DNA of 64,000 nucleotides, from NCBI GenBank assembly GCA_001820875.1, contig MHRF01000010.1:3371-67370 (forward strand), given 5' to 3'. The notes beneath the pieces are model-generated. The model had not been told where the DNA came from and searched no databases. It saw only the letters and a list, made by a program, of their open reading frames with translations. The DNA is from Candidatus Taylorbacteria bacterium RIFCSPHIGHO2_01_FULL_46_22b. Its GTDB lineage: Bacteria > Patescibacteriota > Minisyncoccia > Phycocordibacterales > DSPV01. A program made the position numbers and the translations under genes. Positions 57,150 to 64,000 of the stretch are shown here, piece by piece; the stretch's first letter is position 1, and each line of letters opens with the position of its first letter.

Positions 57150-59675
57150 CTATTGGTTTTCAAACAAAAGACGGAGTCCAACCACAGCCTCGCTTTTATT
57201 AAATACCGAGTCGTACCCAACAACCTTCAGGGTGTTTATGTCGTTTACTTGCCCAATGGAGTTCGGGGTGAAAGTAATGCCAAACGGAGCGTGGCTGCTT
57301 GATCCGATAAACTGGTCGTTGAGGAAGAAATCCACTTTAGTGAGGGGATATTTCCCAAACCCAACAACTGAAACGTAGAGAGAAGAATTTACTTGGTATA
57401 AAGTGTTTTGGTCAATCCCACTTATGTTTAGTTGGGGAGATAGGGAAGGGGTGTGGATATCATCGGTCGCTGTTGGAATAACCGCAGGGGTTTCTGCCAC
57501 AAGATTTTGCTGTGCAACCCATTTTTGGACAGCGTATTCCCAGTATGGGAATTGAGAATCATTCTCTGGATGTTCTGGTGACGGACCCAGAGGGTTATTT
57601 TTGTCTACCCAATATAGTATTGAGTGTACATCTTGTACCACTTTCTCCACTCGAGTTTCCGGTGGGGTGAAAGAGGTAGCAAGTTTACCGGACATACGAT
57701 CGATTGTGTAAGCGATATTCCCCTGCCAAAGACCTCGTAGTACAGGTTTGAGGTTTGTCATGTCAGTTTCCTCGGGGCGTTCGAAACGTTCGTTTGGGGA
57801 AGAGCTTGCAAGTACGGTGTCCATAAATTCATGCCACAAGGGAGCGATAATAAACCCTGCAATTTTTTTCTCCATAGAACTGTTGTCATTGTTTCCTGCC
57901 CACGCACCAACCGCGACAGAAGGAGTGTACCCAACAATCCATGCATCTCGATAGTCATTTGTTGTGCCTGTTTTGACGGCGACCTCCCTTTCTGGGAAAT
58001 AGAGAAGTGAATGACTTCCAAATTCAGGAGCGCGTGCCTTTTCATCTGACAATATGTCGGATATCTCCAAAGTTACTTTTTTAGGGAGAATCGTTGTTGG
58101 GTGGGGATCATATTTTTCAAGCACATTACCATTTTGATCGGTAATTTCAATAATTGCTGTATGAGGATTACGCACTCCTCCGTTTGCCAAGGTCGCATAC
58201 GCACTGGTCATTTCAAGTAGGGTTACTTCGCCACCTCCGAGCACCAGAGTTAATCCATACTGATTTATATCGCCCAGTGTGGTGATGCCAAGATCGCGTG
58301 CGGTTTGGAGAGAGTCACGTATGCCTGCAAGGTACAGCACTTTAATAGCAATTATGTTTACCGACTGTGCCAATGCATTTCGAAGTGTCATCGGGCCTTC
58401 GTATCTGCCATCATAATTTTCAGGCATATAACACTTATCTTCATCAGACGAGTTTATTGGGGTTCCATCAGGGTTGCAGTAAGTTGAAAATTCGGTTCGC
58501 AGATTGAAGAGTGTTGTTTCTGGTGTGTAACCCTTTTTGAATGCGGTTGCATATACGAAGGGCTTAAAGGAAGACCCTGGCTGGCGTTTTGCGAGCGTCA
58601 CGTTGTAATTTCCATCTATTTCTTTGTCGAAGTAATTGCGCGAGCCAACCATAGACAATATCTGTCCGGTTTTTATATCAATCGCGATTAAACCAGCATT
58701 TTCTGCGTTGAATTTTTTTTCATTTTCTTCTGCATGCCGTCTGGCGATTTCTTCGGCTTTCTCCTGCATTTGATAATCCAATGTAGTGATAACCTTCATG
58801 CCCCCATCGCTGATAGCCCGAGGCCCATATTTTGATTCAAGATATTCTTTTACGTATAGCACAAAATGAGGGGCGTAGATCCCAGTTTGCGCTTGTGGTT
58901 TGAATGCGACTTTTTCTTGCTTTGCGGTGTCGTATTCTTCTTGGGTTATGAATTTATTTTCTAGCATCCGCGCCAAAACTAGGTTCTTTCTTTCCTCCAA
59001 TTTATCCAGATGGGTTCCGTACGGTGAATAATAAGTGGGGGCATTAGGTATTGCTGCTAGATACGCAGATTCGGCAAGGGTGACATCTGCTGCATTTTTA
59101 CCAAAATAACTTTGAGATGCTTCTTGTATCCCGTACATGTTTCCTCCATAAGGAGACTCATTCAAATATAGAGTGAGAATTTCTTCCTTGCTTATCAGCT
59201 GCTCTAATTTGACGGATAGCACCCACTCTTTCAATTTTCTTGAGATACTTTTTTCTTTCGTAAGGATGATGTTTTTTACTACTTGCTGGGTGATAGTCGA
59301 TCCTCCTTGGCTGAAAGAAAAGGTGCCGATGTTAGTGAGAACTGCGCGGATGAAAGACGATAATTTAATACCCTTATGTTGGTAAAATTCAGCATCTTCT
59401 ATCGCTACCGCTGCGTTTTTGATGTTCCGACTGATTTGATCAAAACTGACGATCGTCCTGCGGACATCTTGGTGTACGTCATAGAGAAGCACCTGTCCGG
59501 TGCGGTCAAAGATTTTTGTTGATTGGCTGATTTTGCGTTGCTCAAGCCCGCTCAAGTCAGGCATTTTGAAGCTTGATATCCAGAGGATAAATATTCCACT
59601 CAACACAAACCCAAGAGCTACAACAAGCATGAGGGTGTGGGTGAGAGGATGTGGACGTCTCTTTTTTCTGTGCAT
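57150..59675 (-). CDS. Class A penicillin-binding protein (PBP1A family) with C-terminal Ig-like domain
   Basis: EDAEFYQH, GGSTITQQ, RKLKE, RQPGSSFKP, SVN, KTGT. Confidence 0.95.
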   Translation of the reverse strand: MHRKKRRPHPLTHTLMLVVALGFVLSGIFILWISSFKMPDLSGLEQRKISQSTKIFDRTGQVLLYDVHQDVRRTIVSFDQISRNIKNAAVAIEDAEFYQHKGIKLSSFIRAVLTNIGTFSFSQGGSTITQQVVKNIILTKEKSISRKLKEWVLSVKLEQLISKEEILTLYLNESPYGGNMYGIQEASQSYFGKNAADVTLAESAYLAAIPNAPTYYSPYGTHLDKLEERKNLVLARMLENKFITQEEYDTAKQEKVAFKPQAQTGIYAPHFVLYVKEYLESKYGPRAISDGGMKVITTLDYQMQEKAEEIARRHAEENEKKFNAENAGLIAIDIKTGQILSMVGSRNYFDKEIDGNYNVTLAKRQPGSSFKPFVYATAFKKGYTPETTLFNLRTEFSTYCNPDGTPINSSDEDKCYMPENYDGRYEGPMTLRNALAQSVNIIAIKVLYLAGIRDSLQTARDLGITTLGDINQYGLTLVLGGGEVTLLEMTSAYATLANGGVRNPHTAIIEITDQNGNVLEKYDPHPTTILPKKVTLEISDILSDEKARAPEFGSHSLLYFPEREVAVKTGTTNDYRDAWIVGYTPSVAVGAWAGNNDNSSMEKKIAGFIIAPLWHEFMDTVLASSSPNERFERPEETDMTNLKPVLRGLWQGNIAYTIDRMSGKLATSFTPPETRVEKVVQDVHSILYWVDKNNPLGPSPEHPENDSQFPYWEYAVQKWVAQQNLVAETPAVIPTATDDIHTPSLSPQLNISGIDQNTLYQVNSSLYVSVVGFGKYPLTKVDFFLNDQFIGSSSHAPFGITFTPNSIGQVNDINTLKVVGYDSVFNKSEAVVGLRLLFENQ

Positions 59676-59751
59676 AATGAGGGTAACTTTGAATATACCA
59701 TATTTTTTCAGCAGAGAGGAAAACCAAATGGAAGTATGGTAAAGTAATTCT

Positions 59752-60972
59752 ATGTTTGGTTTTAAAAAACCCGTATCTAGAGACAAAGAAAAGGTGCGTG
59801 AGCTGTTAGAGCGTGGCGTCTCATCGGTTTATCCCTCAAAGGAACTCCTTGAACAGAGACTGCAAAGTGGCGAAAGACTTACCGTATATCTTGGTATTGA
59901 TCCAACAGGAAGCACTCTGCATTTGGGCCACGCTATTACGTTACGCAAGCTTTCACAATTTCAAGCACTCGGACACGAAGTAATTCTTTTGATTGGAGAT
60001 TTTACTGCAACGATAGGTGATCCGACCGACAAGACAGCGGCACGTGTTTCTCTAAGCACAAAAGAAGTTATTCAAAACGCGAGACTCTATAAACAACAGG
60101 CGGCGCACCTACTAGATTTTCATGGCGCAAACAAGGCGGTTCTCAAATACAACTCAAAATGGCTTGCGAAAATGTCGATGTCGGATTTGTCAAAATTGTT
60201 TTCCATGATTACCTACGCGCAAACAATCAAACGAGACATGTTCCAGAAGAGAATAGCAGATGACAAGGATTTATTCTTACACGAGTTTATGTACCCCGTT
60301 CTTCAAGGGTATGATTCGGTAGCAATGGATGTTGATGGGGAAGTTGGCGGGAATGATCAGGTGTTCAACATGCTTGTTGGGCGTGACCTCATGAAAAAAA
60401 TTAAAAATAAAGAAAAGTTTGTTTTAGCGACTAAATTGCTCACGGACTCTTCTGGAAAGAAGATGGGGAAAACGGAAGGGAATATGGTGGCTCTTAACGA
60501 AGATGCTGATCAAATGTTGGGGAAGATAATGAGTTGGGATGACGCACTGATTATTCTGGGGTTTGAGCTCTGTACCGGCGTGGCTCTCGGTGAAATTGCG
60601 GATTTAAAGAGAAAACTTGAACAAGGGATGAACCCACGAGATGCAAAACTACGTCTCGCAAAAGAGATCGTAGCTCTGTATCACGGTGCTTCTGTCGCAA
60701 ATACAGCCGAGGAAAATTTTGAAAAAACCTTCCGTAAAGGTGAAATGCCTATTGATGCTCCTCGCGCTTCTGTTGCAAAGGACTCTCTCTTGGTTGATGC
60801 ACTCCTGACTGCAGGTCTGGTTCCTTCTAAGAGCGAATTTAAACGATTGGTGGCTTCCGGTGCTCTCTCGCTTGTCGGTGGTGAAGCAATTACTGACGAG
60901 AGATTTGTCATACAACACTCAATCAATGTACGTGTGGGTAAACATCGGTTTATCGCCATTTTGGTACAGTAA
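59752..60972 (+). CDS. tyrS: Tyrosine--tRNA ligase
   Basis: GIDPTG..LHLGH, YPVLQGYD, GGNDQ, KMGKT, S4 tail. Confidence 0.97.
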   Translation: MFGFKKPVSRDKEKVRELLERGVSSVYPSKELLEQRLQSGERLTVYLGIDPTGSTLHLGHAITLRKLSQFQALGHEVILLIGDFTATIGDPTDKTAARVSLSTKEVIQNARLYKQQAAHLLDFHGANKAVLKYNSKWLAKMSMSDLSKLFSMITYAQTIKRDMFQKRIADDKDLFLHEFMYPVLQGYDSVAMDVDGEVGGNDQVFNMLVGRDLMKKIKNKEKFVLATKLLTDSSGKKMGKTEGNMVALNEDADQMLGKIMSWDDALIILGFELCTGVALGEIADLKRKLEQGMNPRDAKLRLAKEIVALYHGASVANTAEENFEKTFRKGEMPIDAPRASVAKDSLLVDALLTAGLVPSKSEFKRLVASGALSLVGGEAITDERFVIQHSINVRVGKHRFIAILVQ

Positions 60973-60977
60973 CCTCT

Positions 60978-61475
60978 TTATACTCTCCGATATGTTGCAA
61001 GATGGGTAAGCGCAACGGCTATCGCATCATATTCATCATCAAGTCGTACGATTTTTGCAAACTTCAATAATTTTTGAACCATGGTTTGCACCTGCTGTTT
61101 GTCCGCTCCACCATACCCTGCAACCGCAATTTTTATATCACTCGGGTGGTATTCAAATACCGAGAGACCTGCAGCACTTGCGCAACTAGTCACCACCCCA
61201 CGCGCTTCTGCTACCGAGAGTGCGGTTTTTTTATTTTTACTGAAAAAGAGAGTTTCGACTGCAAGTGTTGATGGAGTGTACGTTTTGATAATCGCATCAA
61301 GATGCACTCTAATTTCCCCCAATCGCTCTGGTTTTTCCTTTTTTGAATCAGTCTCAAAACACTCGGAGAAGATAAGTTTTTCTTTCCCATCGATTTTTTC
61401 TATTACGGCGATGCCGAGTCTCCCGTATCCGGGGTCAATCCCGAGTACTCGGTAGGGACTCGGGTTATTCCGCAT
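60978..61475 (-). CDS. ruvC: Holliday junction resolvase RuvC
   Basis: VLGIDPG, AVETLFF, VAEARGV, DDEYDAIAVA. Confidence 0.96.
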   Translation of the reverse strand: MRNNPSPYRVLGIDPGYGRLGIAVIEKIDGKEKLIFSECFETDSKKEKPERLGEIRVHLDAIIKTYTPSTLAVETLFFSKNKKTALSVAEARGVVTSCASAAGLSVFEYHPSDIKIAVAGYGGADKQQVQTMVQKLLKFAKIVRLDDEYDAIAVALTHLATYRRV

Positions 61476-61995
61476 TCGTGTAGACGGCTTGGACATCTTC
61501 ATGGTTCTCAAGTGCGTCTACTAGCTTTTCGAGGAGAACAACATCTTCGTCAGTAAGGGGGACAGTTGTTTCTGCGGTGAATCCTTCATGTGTCTTTTTG
61601 AACGCCCATGCGGCGCTCCCGATACTTGCAAGCGCTACTCCTTGTTCTGAAAGAAGGAATTTAATTTCCTGTGCCGCTTTGTTGCGGTTTCCGGTAAGCA
61701 CCTCGATCATCAGTGCGCATCCTCCGGGGCCATACGCCTCATACACGATAGTTTCCATGGCCCCAGCTCCGCCTCCGACTGCTTTCTGAATGGCGCGCTC
61801 GATATTGTCTGTTGGCATATTTTGCGCCCGCGCCCGTTCTATTGCCGATTTTAAGCCGGCTGCATCGCGATTGCCGTTTGCTTTACGTGCTTCATCAGTA
61901 ATGAGTTTTGCAAGTTTGCCAAACACCTGACTCTTTTTTGCATCAGTTTTCCCCTTCTGATGTTTTATTTGTGACCACTTGTTATGTCCCGACAT
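61465..61995 (-). CDS. yebC: YebC/PmpR-family protein (short form)
   Basis: MSGHNKWSQIKH, YEAYGPGG, LENHEDVQAVYTN; 176 aa. Confidence 0.93.
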   Translation of the reverse strand: MSGHNKWSQIKHQKGKTDAKKSQVFGKLAKLITDEARKANGNRDAAGLKSAIERARAQNMPTDNIERAIQKAVGGGAGAMETIVYEAYGPGGCALMIEVLTGNRNKAAQEIKFLLSEQGVALASIGSAAWAFKKTHEGFTAETTVPLTDEDVVLLEKLVDALENHEDVQAVYTNAE

Positions 61996-61999
61996 GTTT

Positions 62000-63010
62000 T
62001 TATAGTAACGTATTTTTATTTTTCTTTCCTAAATGCTTATATGCCCGTTCCGTGGTTGCGCGGCCGCGAGGAGTCCGTTCCAGAAATCCGAGTTGGATGA
62101 GATAGGGTTCAGTATACTCTTCAATAGTAGCTTCTTCTTCGGCAAGTGCGGCCGCAATAGTGCCGAGTCCCACCGGCCCACCGTTAAATTTTGTGATAAT
62201 GGTGTCGAGAAGCTTGCGGTCGGTGTCGGCAAGACCTGCCTCATCAATGCCGAGAAGTTGCAGGGCTTCGGCAACAAGTTCCATCGCCAAATCTTTTCGT
62301 TTCATTTGAGCAAAGTCGCGACAGCGTTTCAGAAGGTAGTTTGCCGTGCGGGGGGTGAATCGGCTTCGTTTTGCAATTTCAGCAATTGCTTCAGCCGGTG
62401 CCTTGATGCCCAGAATAAGAGCTGACCGGCGGATAATCTCGCCGATTTCTTTCTCGGTGTAGAAATCAAGACGGAATACTCCGCCAGAAAAACGGCTGCG
62501 CAAGGGAGCCGACACGAGTGCAATGCGCGTAGTCGCGGCAATTAATGTAAATGGGGGAAGTTCAAGTTGAATGGTCCGCGCTGAAGGACCTTTGCCTAAA
62601 ATGATATTAAGTACGCCTGACTCCATGGCGGGGTAGAGGACCTCTTCAATCGACTTATTCAGCCGATGTATCTCATCAATGAACAAGATGTCGCCTGCGG
62701 TCAGATTGGTGATAATGGATGCGAGGTCTCCGACCTTCTCAATTGCAGGTCCGGAAGTTACTTTTATTTGCTTTCCCGTCTCATGGGCGATCAAATATGC
62801 GAGCGTGGTCTTACCAAGCCCTGGGGGGCCGTAAAAAAGAATGTGTTCTGGGGGGTGAGAACGCTCTTTGGCTGCTCCTAAGAGGATTTTCAAATTCTCT
62901 TTTATGTTTTCCTGTCCGATATACTCCTCCCAGCGCGTTGGGCGCAATGCTTGATCGAGAAAAGCATCTTCTTTTGCTAGCGGGGTGGTGTTAGGGGTGG
63001 TTCTTGACAT
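62000..63010 (-). CDS. ruvB: Holliday junction helicase RuvB
   Basis: LRP..W.EYIGQ, GPPGLGKTT, FIDEIHRL, EPYLIQ.G...RTPRGR. Confidence 0.98.
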   Translation of the reverse strand: MSRTTPNTTPLAKEDAFLDQALRPTRWEEYIGQENIKENLKILLGAAKERSHPPEHILFYGPPGLGKTTLAYLIAHETGKQIKVTSGPAIEKVGDLASIITNLTAGDILFIDEIHRLNKSIEEVLYPAMESGVLNIILGKGPSARTIQLELPPFTLIAATTRIALVSAPLRSRFSGGVFRLDFYTEKEIGEIIRRSALILGIKAPAEAIAEIAKRSRFTPRTANYLLKRCRDFAQMKRKDLAMELVAEALQLLGIDEAGLADTDRKLLDTIITKFNGGPVGLGTIAAALAEEEATIEEYTEPYLIQLGFLERTPRGRATTERAYKHLGKKNKNTLL

Positions 63011-63079
63011 CTTTTATGTTTCGTGCTAAGCTTCTGTCAGCTTCGAAATTAGCGATATAGTTTATTTTTGTCTGACATA

Positions 63080-63262
63080 TCACCGGTTTTCCGGTGTTTG
63101 ATTTGGTTCCTCTGTATATTCCAAGGCATAAATCTCTAAGCAATAGGGTGTCCCACCTTTTGACATCTCATCAAGGGCGTACTGGTCGTTTGCCTCGGCA
63201 AACGTACTGGAGCGTTCCTCGGACGATTTGCCTCGCTTTCGATACCTCGTTATCAAAAGCAT
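63080..63262 (-). CDS. Small hypothetical protein
   Basis: 60 aa ATG ORF filling an intergenic gap; no motif. Confidence 0.35.
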   Translation of the reverse strand: MLLITRYRKRGKSSEERSSTFAEANDQYALDEMSKGGTPYCLEIYALEYTEEPNQTPENR

Positions 63263-63383
63263 TGCTTAGAGATTTATACTTTGGAACTCTTCTCTCCTGA
63301 CTATAAATCTGTTGCGCAAGAAAGCAATAGTGTTTTGCACTGCATCACTCTAGGCTCTCTCTCGTCAACCGGTTCTTACGTCG

Positions 63384-64000
63384 TTACACTTCTGCTTGTA
63401 AGTCAATCACGCGTGACAATTCGTCAATTGAAGTGATTCCTTTTAGTATTTTTACTACACCATCTTGTTGCATATTCAATAATTTTTGATTGCGTGCCGC
63501 TTCCTGTATTTCACGCTCGCTTGGATTGTTAAGTACCGCTTTTTCGATACCCTTATCCATAACAATGGCTTCAAATATGCCGATTCTGCCGCGATATCCA
63601 GTCCCGTTGCATTTATCGCACCCCACCGCGGTATAGATTTTCTCGCGCGGTAGAGAAATATATTCAGTTTGCGACACGGATCTCATGACTGTGTCGACTA
63701 TTTTTCTGTCTGCAGGCGATAGGGGAATTTGTTTTTTGCATTGATCACATAATTTGCGGACGAGTCGTTGTGCCATGGCAACCGTCACGCTTGAACTCAA
63801 AACTTTGGGGTTTACTCCGAAAGATAAAAGTCGCGGGAAGGTACCTGCGGCGTTATTGGTGTGGAGTGTGGAGAACACCAAATGTCCGGTGAGTGCCGCG
63901 TTTATCGCGATATCGGCTGCCTCATTGTCGCGAATTTCACCGACCATAATGATGTCTGGGTCTTGCCGAAGTGCAGAGCGCAGGCCCTCGGTGAACGAGT
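63384..64000 (-). CDS. pilB: PilB/GspE ATPase, C-terminal part
   Basis: [50 protein letters not shown]. Confidence 0.92.
   Translation of the reverse strand, partial: SFTEGLRSALRQDPDIIMVGEIRDNEAADIAINAALTGHLVFSTLHTNNAAGTFPRLLSFGVNPKVLSSSVTVAMAQRLVRKLCDQCKKQIPLSPADRKIVDTVMRSVSQTEYISLPREKIYTAVGCDKCNGTGYRGRIGIFEAIVMDKGIEKAVLNNPSEREIQEAARNQKLLNMQQDGVVKILKGITSIDELSRVIDLQAEV

Overview
Chromosomal segment that looks like a Patescibacteria (CPR, probably Parcubacteria-like) genome. The taxon is inferred from gene content: PPIase-less trigger factor, short YebC, GYAWS-motif surface proteins, a PrgI/VirB4/VirB6 locus and very few biosynthetic genes. It spans the replication origin (jag-yidC-rnpA-rpmH / dnaA-oriC-dnaN) and carries housekeeping genes (nusA, hppA, tig, clpP, rny, hup, cca, xth, xerC-like, rpsO, pnp, comM, uvrD, rsmA, pbp1a, tyrS, ruvC, yebC, ruvB, pilB), four tRNAs and a 14 kb T4SS-like operon. 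No CRISPR, rRNA, IS or prophage was seen. The most striking unexplained signal is a set of tiny, ORF-less structured insertions at gene 3' ends (hppA, tRNA-Gly, tRNA-Pro) with a shared layout: target end, inverted copy of the target, hairpin-rich core, then direct copy of the target. The hppA core recurs 33 kb away. Other highlights: a flavokinase-DMT transporter fusion, a four-helix-bundle gene bracketed by inverted heptamer arrays inside the T4SS operon, mostly head-on gene orientation, a parS/DnaA-box cluster 35 kb from oriC, widespread leaderless-type promoters, and secreted proteins resembling those of diderm bacteria. All calls were made by eye; no searches or folding programs were run.
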